A program made the translations under genes and the position numbers. From Paramoeba atlantica (lineage: Eukaryota > Protista > Discosea), in assembly GCA_977017575.1 (NCBI GenBank), contig CDRNVI010000157.1, positions 22,748 to 86,747 on the forward strand: a DNA stretch of 64,000 bases, given 5' to 3'. The notes under the pieces are model-generated. The model did not search any database. It was not told the DNA's origin and saw only the letters and a program-made list of their open reading frames with translations. Below, one piece after another: positions 23,462-35,438 of this stretch (positions within the stretch are counted from its first letter, which is position 1; every line of letters begins with the position of its first letter).

Positions 23462-24386
23462 TTGCCCCACTGGCCAGAATACCTGTCCAGTAAGGTCAAC
23501 GACCCATTATCTCAGCGCACGAAACGCGCCAATGCTTGCCTGGCACCGTGACTGCATGCAGAAAAAAAACTAACTTTTTACACTACCTTTGACGTAGTGA
23601 AGCTTTTTGTGACTCGGCTGTGTGTCATGAACCGACGCTTTTGGGGCTCAGCGTCTCAGTGACGATTTCCACTACTTGTTGCGCAGTGAGGTCTTTCGGA
23701 CTTCGTTGTTTCCCGGATTTTATGATCCGAGACCTTTATGGCTCAGCGTCTGAGTGACGCGTTTTCACTACGTGTTGCGTAGTGGGAGGTTTTACACTCT
23801 GTTGTTCTTCTGGATTTTATGATTCGAAGCCTTTGCGGCTCAGCGTCTGAGTGACGCTTTCCACTACGTGGTGTGTAGTGAGGTCCTTTGGACTCTTTTG
23901 CTTTACGGATATTTTGGTCCGTGGAATTTATGATATTTGTTCGGCTGCCATTGACTTTAGATTACCCACAGCACACAGAAAAAAAAACATAGCATTAGTA
24001 TGTTTTTTGAATTAATAAGAACTTTTGAATAAGTTGCATAAGAATAATAGACTGTTTTGTCGGATGTAATACATGCATATATCGCCAAAAATAAGGTACG
24101 CATAACATAATATACCTTTTAAAGAGAAGATCATTTTCATCTGTATTTAATTTTCGCGACTACAAACCAGCCTTCTCGACGCACTTCGGTGCTGCCGGGA
24201 AGATCACTCGCTTGTAGGTGCGGCCCCATGGCTAATTTACTATTGCCAAATGGGATGAACCTGGTGTCAGTGACTTCATTTTTTTTCTGCATGCAGTCAC
24301 GGTGCCAGGCAAGCATTGGCGCGTTTCGTGCGCTGAGATAATGGGTCGCTGACCTTACTGGACAGGTATCCTGGCCAGTGGGGCAA
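23462..24386. mobile_element. Non-autonomous element with ~105-bp near-perfect TIRs
   Basis: TTGCCCCACTGGCCAG...TGCATGCAGAAAAAAAA (23462-23569) is inverted at 24281-24386; no TSD seen. Confidence 0.8.
23581..23933. repeat. ~96-bp tandem array with two hairpins per unit
   Basis: Units start at 23645, 23740 and 23837, with a partial unit at 23581. Each has CACTAC-N7-GTAGTG and GCGTC-N5-GACGC stems. Confidence 0.85.
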
Positions 24387-24673
24387 AGAGAGCAGCGTCA
24401 CACGGGATACTCTCGAAGGCGAATTCCATTGCTTGATTGGCGATTCAGGACGGCAAGTCCAAGAAGTTTACCGGAAGGCTAGTAGAATTTCTAAAAGTAC
24501 AAGTACATCCGTTTGTTTCGTCAGGCCATCAATCGTATTCATTTTTCAGACTCTTCACGTGATGACTTGAAAGCTGCAGATTGCTCCGTGGTGGGAGGAT
24601 AGAAATCATGTATTAAAAACACTGACTTCAAAAGAAAGGAAAAGTTATTGAAGTACTAAAAATCATAAGAAAC

Positions 24674-25467
24674 TTGGACCTAGTGGGAAGCACGTGGTTG
24701 TGCACAAAGCACTGCAGAAGAAGGTACAGCTCTATGGGGCCCTTGTTGCCGGGTAGAAGCCAACGAAGCGCGAAGCAGACCCTGATTTACATTGTGTTGT
24801 ACGCCCGGGGTGGCCGCTACGCATCATCAGTAGAGGAGACAGAGCTGAGCGAGCGAACCGTTATTAAATTGCGCTAATGGTTGGACTCCATTATGGCTAC
24901 AGCTCATGTGCGTCGACGAATTAGACTGCGCGCGCGAGTAAACTCTACGCAATGCGACGAGACTTTTTTTTCTGTCCGAAAGAGGGGCGGATGTCATACC
25001 GCAAGGCGGGTTCGCCAAGCCGAGAGCCAAACAGTGCAGACAATAGCGGTTACGACTAGAGATAATAAATTGACTGAGATCCTCATGGAACCTGCGGAGA
25101 ATCGTACGGCCGATACCCTCATCCCGAATATCACGGAATTGGCTTCAGGAAGTCGTACCAAAATATGGACAGATGGAGCTCGACATAACTTTTCCTTTCG
25201 AGGTAAATACAAGTGGGAGAACGTGAACACAAACGACAGTGGGTTACAGCTCAAGGAGTTCGCACGAACACTGTAGAATGCGCTAATTCCATGGTTAACA
25301 AGCGTTTAAAGCGTGAAGGCAACGTTCTAGGTCACAAATCTGGAAACAGGGGGGACAGAATCCAAGCATTCACAGAGATTTGTACAAGAAGCTTGAAGCG
25401 AAATGGGGGCGATATATTGCTCCAATTATTGCAAAATATGGAGTATTGTATTTGCGTCCATTTGTAA
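24674..25467 (+). pseudogene. Merlin/ISXO2-like (IS1595-related) transposase, frameshifted
   Basis: WLCTKHC...; QCDETFF; KIWTDG; VN(H)KRQWV...GVRTNTVECANS, with a 1-nt deletion at the VNH codon. Confidence 0.8.
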
Positions 25468-26396
25468 GAAGTTGTAAGCAAGTTGAAAGGCTCAAAGTTG
25501 ATGAAGTATGAAAAAATTTTAGAAAAAAAGAAAAAGTGCGGAATTTGGTTCAGTTTAACCAAGAAATCTTAGGTCGTGTGATAATATATAAGAAAAGAAA
25601 GGCACCACAAAGCCCCCTTTACCCACGCCGCCCACCGTCCTGCTCCCCTGAGGCCGCTCTCAGCATCTGAGCGTTGCCGCGTTGGATGGCGACGCCAGTG
25701 GCCGTAATCTCAAGCGGGTAGAGGACCATCCCTCTCTCGTTTGCCATCTCCCCGTATCAGAAATGAATCGAACTCTATTTCTTAATATATTTTTTCAAAA
25801 TCAAAGAATTTTTTCCTTTACTCTATTTATACCTATGGATTATTTTGTGAACGTGGATGGATGTCTTTCGAAGAAGTTTCTTATAGAAAAGCGCAAACGG
25901 TTGATTTCTACGTTGAAAGCAGATGGTGAGAAAATACAAACTTTATTTAGCAATTTATGGGAAGATTATCTCCGTTCAACACGGACTGTCATGTTTAATG
26001 CAGGAGAAAGTATGATAGAGGGGATACAATGATACATGGCCAATGCTTTATCGAACAAAGAGAAGCGTTTTGCTCATTGCAGTACAGCGTATATGCCACT
26101 GCATTGTTTGCTAAGGGGGCTGAAGGAGTTCCTGTCTTCTGGGATAAGCACAACAGTCGACTTATGTGGTTTTGCGATGCCAATGGGGCCATTCAATGGC
26201 ATAAACCCACAAAACAATTTCAAATTTTGAGTCCTGATAGCGCAGAGTTAGGTAACGAAGAAGAATCGGACTCCAGCGAAGAGGGGTCGACCCTGTCGTT
26301 AAAAAAACAGTTATCAGTTTCAATTAAACCGGTTTCAATCAAAACAGTTTCAATTAACCGGTACCTTCGCAAAATAATTTGTATAAATTATAAATA

Positions 26397-26715
26397 CTGT
26401 GACCCCCCCCTTTATACTTCGCCCATTTTGAGCAGTAACGAAGTATAAAGGGGGGTCTGAAATTTTGTCCCCGCTGCAAAAAAAATAGCGCGCCGCTTCG
26501 CGGCGCAGCTCATCCAGTTTTCCTGTCTTTCCTTTTATATCACCTTCCATTTCTAGAAGGGAAGGCTTAGAATGTTCTTGTTTTTTTTTAAACTTTTAAA
26601 AAAACTACAAAAAATTAAAAAAAAATCGTCCCCCCTTCGGGGGGGCGCACAAAAAACGAAGTACAAAGTATAAAGGGGGGGTCTGACCAGCGAAGTATAA
26701 AGGGGGGGGTCACAG
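26397..26715. mobile_element. MITE, 319 bp, TA TSD
   Basis: TA|CTGTGACCCCCCCCTTTATACTTCG ... CGAAGTATAAAGGGGGGGGTCACAG|TA. Confidence 0.9.
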
Positions 26716-26799
26716 TATAAATATAAATGCAAAAGTTTTATAATTTATATTTATAAAAATTAATTAGCGGGGGTGTAATTGGGCGAAGGGGGACAGACG

Positions 26800-27586
26800 G
26801 AGTGCAACTTTAGTTGCGTCAATTTCATTGGACGGTAATCTTCTTGTTCCATTTATTATATGGAATAGAAAAGAGTCACACCACGGGGCCAAGGTGCAAA
26901 CTTGTACTCAAGGGGTTCAGTACCAGACAGAAAACCACTACGTTTCAACCAATGCTCTTTTGGAATATATTGATCGTGTTGTTCAGCCTTACTACATTAA
27001 AGTCACTGAAGAGCTGAAAATTAGCGGGAAACCCTTAATTCTTCTCTTAGATTGCTGCAGTGTACATGTTTCTCGCACGACCAACGAACAGATAATTTCT
27101 CAGTGTTGCTCAGGGGGGAAGTATTTTTGGTTGCGATTGGTTTATGTTCCAGCGGGGTGCACTTCGCTTTATCAACCTTGTGATGTTGGGTTTTTTAATC
27201 GACTGAAACCAAAGATCGTGAAGCATCGCACGATGTTAATACTGCAGTATTCCAGACAGCAACGCCAAAAAAGAGAACGCATAGGCACTTCTAAGGCCTT
27301 GGGCGCTAAAATTGCGAAAGGGCAACTATTAGAATGTGTCGAGAAGGCATACAAGGATATGGATGATCCGCTTTCCAAAAACGCAACCACATCTGCACGG
27401 GCTAAATGCGGAATCACGACCGAAACTCTTAAAGATTTAACAAATTCTTTCGAAGCCCAGACTCGTCGACGTGATATATTTTCCTATGTGGTGGAAGATG
27501 CAGATCAGTCAGAGCATGAGGATGCTCTGACTATGCCTGAAGAACTTGACTCACAGCTTCAGATAGGTATTGGTATTCGTTTATAG
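26800..27586 (+). pseudogene. pogo-like (DDE_1) transposase fragment
   Basis: DGNLLVPFIIW; LILLLDCCSVH; YVPAGCTSLYQPCD; 43 residues between D and D. Confidence 0.8.
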
Positions 27587-27728
27587 TACATTACCTCTAT
27601 GTGATTTCTTTTGGTCTAAAAAAAACTGTTAGAAAAAAAACGTTTGCAAACTTTTTTGCATACATACTGTACGTACTATGACCTCGGAGAGTCAATTAAA
27701 TCAAGTAAACAGCATTGCGGACAAGGAA

Positions 27729-28240
27729 ATGGATGCGAAACGCAAACGATACGACTGGGGTTAGCTCAACATGTTAGCTGTCACGCGTTAGCTGAACGTG
27801 TTAGCTAAGAGTTGTTAGCTCAACTCTACGCGTAAGGAGCCTGATAAACGCTCAATCACCATTGAATCACCATTGAACCACCTTCCTTCGTCGGTGACCA
27901 AAGAAGACATAACAAAATATTACTCTCTGTATGGGACTATTGATTTTTTAACAATCGCATCGAAGAAAAGCGCGCATCCAGCGTTTACTGTAAGGAAATA
28001 AAGAACAGAAACTAGAATTTCGCATGAAGTGTGTGAGAATACGTTTTGAAGTGCAAGTTAGCTTTGAATTTTTCCCAGTATAGTTTACAGATAATACCTG
28101 AGCCCACGGCCACAAAGGTTGTCTTCCGATCTCTTAGGAACAGAGAAATAGGTCCTCACCTATTTGGAGAACCATATTTATAGCGCTCTGCCGATTAAAA
28201 TCACCAATGTCCCGCCAGATATGGTGCTTCACTTATTGTC
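27729..28240 (+). pseudogene. Decayed RRM-domain gene, paralogue of 43764-44133
   Basis: MDAKRKR; RSITIE..HLPSSVTKEDITKYYSLYG; a possible second RRM-like segment IKITNVPPD. Confidence 0.55.
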
Positions 28241-29303
28241 TCTTATACCGGAGGGAACATGCACCCTTAAAACGCATAAACCTCGGACCCTTGTATACAT
28301 GCAAAAGGTATTATAATGTAATGCATATTTTAGCCTGATGACGCATCATGTAAAATATTTACGTGGATAATAAAATACTTCTGCCCTTCTTTCACCATGT
28401 TTCAAACACCTAGAATTTCTAGGTAGGTTAATACGTTTCTTAGAAGAAAAAGAAACGTATGACTTCGGAAGACCGCAAACTGATCGGAGTTCTCCACAAT
28501 CAATAAAATTTTCCCAAGCATTGTTGTGTTGCTGTTGTCTTGTTGCAGTTATCCAAGCCAACATGGAATTGCCTCAAAGTTGAAAGCAAATGCCTAAAAC
28601 AATCGTGCATTGCGGGCCAGGAGGGTCGCTCCCAAACCATTGTTTCAGACAGAGGTCGTTTTCAAATCGATTCCCACTCTCTATATTTTAAACTATTCAA
28701 TGTAGCTCTATAATGTTTTTCTTTTGTTCATAGCAACGTATTGGGCTATTTGGAATGTGTTTTTCACCGTTTCAGCATTCGTACGGTAGCGCTGCTACCA
28801 TGGTAGCAATAATGTGTCCCTCCGCCGGTTTACTCCACATTGCTCAATACATATTTTTACTTGCACTTATTACTAAGGAAAATAACATAGCAACGCTACA
28901 CGTTTGCGAACGTTACATGTCTATGTATATCGGTATCCTCAATCAGGAGTCCCAAACGCAGTTTTTGAGAAAGAACATGGCTTTCCACCACTCCGCATAG
29001 CTTGAAATTCTTGGACAAATTAAGGTCTTCTAGTGTATTTGGGAGGCTTCTTAGAGTTAGAGTAGTTTGAAAAATTTACTACAATGTATCAATATTTCAA
29101 ATTCGTCAAATAATTCAAATAACATAGTAAAGAATCGTAATTATAATGTTGAACAAAACTTTTAAATCGAGGTGGTGCGTCAGGGAAAAGAGAAGGTGGT
29201 TTTAACGCAGAGCGCCAGGGTGTTATGGCGTTAGTTCATAGGGATTTGCTGGCGTTGCAGAACGGTATGTTTCATATTTCGTAAAATTGTGTCTTTGATA
29301 TAA

Positions 29304-31635
29304 CATACCCTGGACGGTAATAGGTGGTAATTACCACATGCGTGGTAATAGGTGGTAATTACCACTTTTCTATTACCCAATTACCATGACAGAACGTGGG
29401 CTGAAATTTACATTCAGGAAAAAACCATATGTTTACAGAAACGGTATCTTTAGCTTTAGAGATCGCTTGCCTCTTTTCTCCATAATGCCCCCTTATGCTG
29501 TACTTTGACAAGTCTTGTAACAAGCAACACCTACAGGTATTGTATGGAATGCGATGCAGTGACAAATAGCAAGTACTAATTTAAAAATTTACATGTATGA
29601 GTTTACAAAAGAAAAACAATAAGAAAATTATAGACTGACGGAAAAAAAACTAGGTAAACCTACATGTATTTATTATTTATGTATTTATTATGTATGTATG
29701 TATTATTATGTATGTATTTATTATGTGGTTATTGAATGTATTGAATACAACTTTGCTAAATATAATGTGTACGCTTCGACAAATTATTATCACGATCATA
29801 ACATGACACGCCATCATGCTCGTCTGAAAAATCGAATTTCAAATATAAATAAACTATGAATCGAACAAACAAAAAAGGGATAACTATCAGGGATATTTTA
29901 ATTCATATGCTCAGCTCTGATTCGCTCGTATCTGTATCACTAGGCGAACCATCTAAATCTGGTACTGTTTCGACCCTGCTGGGACCAACATAATCCAATT
30001 TATTTAAATTACCGCGAATAAACATCTGCGTGGCGATTACATCGCTGTCCAGAGAAGCCTGACGTGGGTTGTATTTCCATCCCATTATGGAAAGAAGAGA
30101 ATCGCACGCGGTGACTATGGGTGGGACCCACAAATAGTGCTGAGCGGCACAAAAAATTGAAGGAAACTGGACGGTGCCAACGTCTTCCCACCACTTCTAC
30201 ACCGAGGTATGCAACAAAGGTTTCCAGTGAAAAATTTTGCAACATACATGTGTATATACGAACTCCACTCTTCCTCTGTAATGTGAAAAAGAGGTTGACC
30301 GCTTTGAAAAAGGTCGTTAGCAACTTCGACAGTGATAATTGGCCGTTCTTCCACGCGGATACGTCGACTTGACAATATATGTTTCGGAGAAAAACTCATT
30401 ACACCTTTCCAATAATACATGTAGGCTTTGTTTTCAAGTCGTTGTTTGTGCTTCTTCAGTGATTCCAATAGCGTTGTATTGCCATCCGTATTCTCTCCTT
30501 CTGCTATTAATCCCTGTATTATGGGGTAGGGAATTAAGGCCATTGGTTCATCTGGCATGTCAGACAATTGTTTTAGTGAATTATGAACAATATTCAAAAT
30601 GTGTTAATATTTCATGCGCTTGGTTCATGAGCTCTTGAGTATCATGATCCCTTATAATTTCGGCACATTTCTTGACTGATTCAGATGCACATCCCGAGTT
30701 GACTTCATCGGCAACAAAACGTACGATCGTTGGTAAATTTTCTTCGATGTACTTCAAACTTTCAAAATGTCCAATGCACCATCTTGTAGCCCCTCCCAAT
30801 TTAGGGGCTGGAATTTTGTTCATACGTTTGGCGTGCTCAAGTGCTTCCAGAACTAGCGGACCCTTTTCGACTAATTCAAGATGCTTTTCGTGGAGAGAGT
30901 CAGTTCCACGCAACGTCAAAAGCAGCGATCCCACGGGCTGCAAAGAAAGCGAAGAAAGTTTCTCTAGGGAACGGCAACAAAAAGGATGCAGATCCCTGAC
31001 GATGATCCATTTCCTTAAAGCACAATTTCGAAGAAGTACTGTTAGTATTCTTGAAATCACACAAGACATAATAAAAATAACAGGATAAATCTCCGAATTT
31101 AAGCGGGTCCTCAACGTTCCCAGACTGAACTTTCTTCGTATTGTTTGAAATATCAGTGACCTGTCTCAGTGTGGTCAAGCTTAATTGGCTTGGTCCATCA
31201 GCCACCCGCCGATTAACAGCATCGCGCTGTTCGTTGCTAATACGACGCGCTGCTCGCTTCCGAGACCTTGGAGTATTATCTGCCTCTTCTATGGTCATAT
31301 CAGGATAGTAACTTGATTAATGAACAGTCTAAAGTAACTAACAGTTATGACTTTGATTAAAAGTATACGAGCGTGGGAAAAAGTATGGGGAATAGTAAGA
31401 AGTTGGATAAAAGGTACGAACGCCCTTACGTAGGTCCCAGAGGCACAATAACATCGTATTTTGCGCCACAAGAAAGCAGAAACTCTGTATTAGTAGCGAA
31501 AAAAGCCCCCTGTATCACTTAGAACACAATTAGATAGGATAACGTAGGACTTTTTAGAAGTCACTCTGTAGACTAAAATATGTGGTAATAGGAGGTAATA
31601 GGAGGTAATTACCTCCTATTACCGTCCAGGGTATG
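29304..31635 (-). mobile_element. hAT-like element, 2332 bp, 33-bp TIR, 6-bp TSD ATATAA
   Basis: ATATAA|CATACCCTGGACGGTAATAGG...CCTATTACCGTCCAGGGTATG|ATATAA. Confidence 0.85.
29903..31114 (-). pseudogene. hAT-like transposase remnant
   Basis: PKLGGATRW motif; dimerisation-domain-like PPIVTACDSLLSIMG..PRQASLD..QMFIRGN; several frameshifts. Confidence 0.7.
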
Positions 31636-32032
31636 ATATAATGAACACACACTGTTTTTCTTGAAAAGAAGTGACGGAACGGAGACGTGAACGTGTCTTC
31701 CAACACTTCGGATATGTGCTCCAATGGGCTTGGCAGAGTGAATTTGGCGGGACGCATTACGTTGCGCCAACAGACACTTCTCTGCATATACTTCTGCCTA
31801 TACTTCTGCGCGTACTTCTCTGCGCATACATGGATGGTTCCGTCAGCTCTTTGCACAACATAGCATTCGCAAATACTCTTATGTCTTCTTTGGAGATGAA
31901 ACTGCAGTACTTGTGGATGGCGAAATACGTGTTAGTACGCTTGCGCAATTTGGAACGAAAACTACGAAAATTGCTGAAAACAACGGGCAAGAAACCGTAA
32001 CTATTCTCTTGGCAGGATTACTTATAGGATTA

Positions 32033-34021
32033 CACCCCCGCCAAAAAGTATTGTCCACAAAAATGGCCGACACAAAAAGTATTGTATTTATTAGTATCGA
32101 CCATTTTTTTGAGTTTTGACCAGAATTTTAGTTTTTTTCTCGAATTTTCCAGAAATTTACATAATGAGTTCTGATATACGCGGCCACTTGATCGTGGAGA
32201 GCGTCGTTTCAGAGCTTATCCAAGACGCAACTTCATCTCGAGGGCAGCTGAGTGATGATCACCGCGAATGGTTGTTCGCGCAGACCCGTGGAAACTTCAA
32301 CCGCGACAACGTGAAGGTTACGTTCGAGAAAAAATTCAAGCGCAACGTTTCTGCCTCAACAATAAGTTTCTACAAAGGCTTGGACTCATTAAATAAAGTT
32401 GGAAATCGAGGTCGTGTCCCTATGCTTTCTCCATCTGAAAATGAACTTTTACTCAGTGCTTTTCTAAAGCTTCGAGAAACTGGAACTGCCGTACGTGCAT
32501 CTTTAGTGGCGGGCGCCGCGCGTGGCATCAAAGAAAAGAGCACCCCAGGCTCTACTACAATCGACGGTGGAAGGCTGAAATTTTCTGTCTCGTGGGCTAA
32601 GGAATGGATGCAGCAGAATGGAATACGTATTCTTCATGCTACTACTGATCGAACGGTCACCCCAAAGCAGGTAGTGGACTCATCGGTTGGTTTTTTTTCT
32701 GACCTAGAAAAGTACAAAGGGCAAGTTTCTAAACCGTTTACATACAATGCTGATGAATTTTTTGTCTGTCTCTCTCTTTCGGACAACGGTAGTTCTCAGA
32801 AATGGACTTGGGAAAGAATTCAAAAAGGAGAAAACCGAACTGTTGCGGTACGTTCTGATCGTGAGGGGTTCACTTGCACTGTTCTAACTAATGCTTCCGG
32901 TGATGTAAAGCTCATGCAATTCATCCACAAGGGCACTCAAAAGAAATTTGTTAACGTAGGAGACGACCCTCGAGTGCTCCAATGTTCTCGTAAGGAGACG
33001 CACTTTCAAAGCCAGGAAACGTGGAAAGAATTTATGGACAAATTCATAGGTATTTTGCAGGATGACCGAGAGTCGTCTAATCAATACAATGCCAAGGCTC
33101 TTTTAATCATTGATGAAGCTTCCCAGCACTCAAAAACAACGGAATGGCTCACTGAAAAAAATTGTGGTGTTCTCTTTATCCCTCCAAAAATGACGCACGT
33201 TTACCAACCTGCAGACCAATTTGTCATTTCCGGACTAAAGCAAAGAGCAAAGGCTCTGTACAATGACTATGTGTCTCGTCTGTTCGCCCGTAATTCTATT
33301 GATACTGCTGTCAAAAAGGCGACCGCCGTGTCGAAGCGTGTTTGTCGTGAAAACAAGGTACTTTTTATTATCCAGGCAATGAATGAACTCCGTGCGCGTC
33401 AAGTAACTGCATCTTGGGATGTGACGGAAATTCCTCGTGTCCTCTTTGGAGAAATTTGTACTCGCACGACGCGATTGGGTTCCTTCAAATCTCTGCTAGA
33501 GTCCTCTGATGCAAGCGAAATTGTTGTTACCGTATCTGAAAGCGAAGAAGAAAACAATTCCCCAAACCTCAATGAAGGAACCTCAGTCGAAAAGAAACGC
33601 GGAAGGCCGCGGAAGCTTTCTGCGCAGGAAATTGAGGCACGCAGGGAAGCCATCGAAAAATCAGAAGCCCGCCGTAAAGAGACACTTGGAATGTCGCGGA
33701 AGGCTAAGGCAAGATTTGAACAGGCTCGGAATATGGTTCCTCTCTCTCACTACTTTAGCGTTGAGCAGTCAAAATCATTAAATTACTAATTCCATGGTGC
33801 TATTTTCATTGTGCTAATTTGTGCTATTTCTATGGTGCTAATTTCCATTCGACCTGTTTTTGTGCTTCACTATACGTTTACAAGGATCCCATATGATAAA
33901 GTCCAACTTTTTGGAAGCCAGTAGCAACTCGTGGAAATCGACAAAAAGTATTGTATTTATTAGTATCGACCAAATATTCGTGGTCGATACTAATAAATTA
34001 CAATACTTTTTGGCGGGGGTG
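32033..34021 (+). mobile_element. Intact pogo-like element, 1989 bp, TA TSD
   Basis: Perfect 22-bp TIR CACCCCCGCCAAAAAGTATTGT flanked by TA. Confidence 0.92.
32164..33789 (+). CDS. pogo-like transposase (CENP-B-type HTH, DDE_1, C-terminal AT-hook)
   Basis: YNADE; LLIIDEASQH; PPKMTHVYQPAD (33 residues between D and D); KRGRPRK; uninterrupted ORF. Confidence 0.9.
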   Translation: MSSDIRGHLIVESVVSELIQDATSSRGQLSDDHREWLFAQTRGNFNRDNVKVTFEKKFKRNVSASTISFYKGLDSLNKVGNRGRVPMLSPSENELLLSAFLKLRETGTAVRASLVAGAARGIKEKSTPGSTTIDGGRLKFSVSWAKEWMQQNGIRILHATTDRTVTPKQVVDSSVGFFSDLEKYKGQVSKPFTYNADEFFVCLSLSDNGSSQKWTWERIQKGENRTVAVRSDREGFTCTVLTNASGDVKLMQFIHKGTQKKFVNVGDDPRVLQCSRKETHFQSQETWKEFMDKFIGILQDDRESSNQYNAKALLIIDEASQHSKTTEWLTEKNCGVLFIPPKMTHVYQPADQFVISGLKQRAKALYNDYVSRLFARNSIDTAVKKATAVSKRVCRENKVLFIIQAMNELRARQVTASWDVTEIPRVLFGEICTRTTRLGSFKSLLESSDASEIVVTVSESEEENNSPNLNEGTSVEKKRGRPRKLSAQEIEARREAIEKSEARRKETLGMSRKAKARFEQARNMVPLSHYFSVEQSKSLNY

Positions 34022-35438
34022 TATTTATGTTTATTCCAAATACGTGCCACTACCACCCGCGATTGTCTTCGAATGTCAAGTTGTGCTCCAATTGTCAAGT
34101 CAATTGTGTCCAATCGTCAAGTTGTGCTTCCACTGGATTATCGAATGCAGTTATAGTCTTTGTATCGTCGTTATTAGGATGGGTCAAAAAGGACATTTTT
34201 TCTGAAACACATTCTGTCAAATTCTACAACGGTAGATGGGAATTTTTAAGGACTCCTGATTACCTACCGCTATCGTAGTCGATGATTTTACAGCTCATCA
34301 GTGATTTACCGACGAATTGAGATATGCACGGCGTTCCAGGTGGGTGCACTTATTTGATTCAACTGCATGATCTGTGCATTAGTCTACACTTCAAAGATGT
34401 TAAAAGCATCTTCTCAGTGCGTGGTGCTCTAATGCTCAGATACACCACCCCCTCCCCTTATTTACTATTTAGTACTTTGCCCCCCCTATTTAGAGTTTAA
34501 TTTCAAATCTTCGTAAAGATTGGCGCCGCGAAGCGGTGCCTATTTTTCTTTTACTGTAATATTGAGTACCGGGGGATAACGATTGTGGGTTTCACGTCGT
34601 AAACAAGTTGTATTGTCAACTGTTTTGCGGTAAGCGGAAGCATCAGTACTCGTAAACAACTTCTTGAGGGCTGGGAACCTTGTCTACGAGCAGAAAGAAT
34701 CTCCAATGAAAAGATGTAAGAGCTACTAGACATGTTGGTAACCATAAATACAATTTTATTGATTCGTACTTGTTTTCGTGTACTTGGGCTCTTGTGCGTG
34801 CATTCAGTTGACTTTATTTTTCCCTTGTAAATATTATTCCTCTTCAATCATTTTTCCCCTTCTTTTTTTCAATTTTTACCAGTTTTTCACGTATTTTTCA
34901 TTCATATTCCGCTCCCCTACTTTAAGTCCCATACTTTAAGTTTTAATTAGTGTTTAATTTTGCTCAATTCTACTAAACACCTGTAGTTATTTATACTTGT
35001 AGTTATTTTGCCCCATTTCAAATGGTATGACCGCAACCCCATATTGTCTCTTAAATGCCCATCCCGTAATAACACCAGGGACTCTAACAGCGTCAGATAC
35101 CCACTTTTTTTTGCTTATGATGCCCCTAGTTGTCTGTCACCTTTTTTCTTCACCTTTTGCCAAAAAGGTCTTGAAACGATGCTTGTACTTTTTCAGTTTG
35201 AAAGTGAGCGGTCCTCGGCAGAATGGAATCTTCACAGGCGATAATGATGTCGTTTTTGTAACTTTTGCTTTTTCTAGTTTTTGGTAACAGAACCCCCTAG
35301 GTGAGGGTGTCCTCTTCGTACCCACACATTCTCCTACCCGTACATTCTCCTTTCATCTTGCCACTAGGGGTGACAGATTATCAGAAGATAGGAGGTAGTC
35401 TAGTTTTTATATTGGTGTCGGTCTTTAAAAAGACTACA

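Larger units (their letters stand above)
29190..34450 (+). pseudogene. Old pogo-like transposase gene interrupted by a hAT element and a younger pogo element
   Basis: Removing 29304-31635 and 32033-34021 joins IS*NCVFDIMNTH...ERVFQHF...WAW, YVFFGDET, LPPAIVF and VPGGCTYLIQLHD. It is homologous to 62076-62468. Confidence 0.75.
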
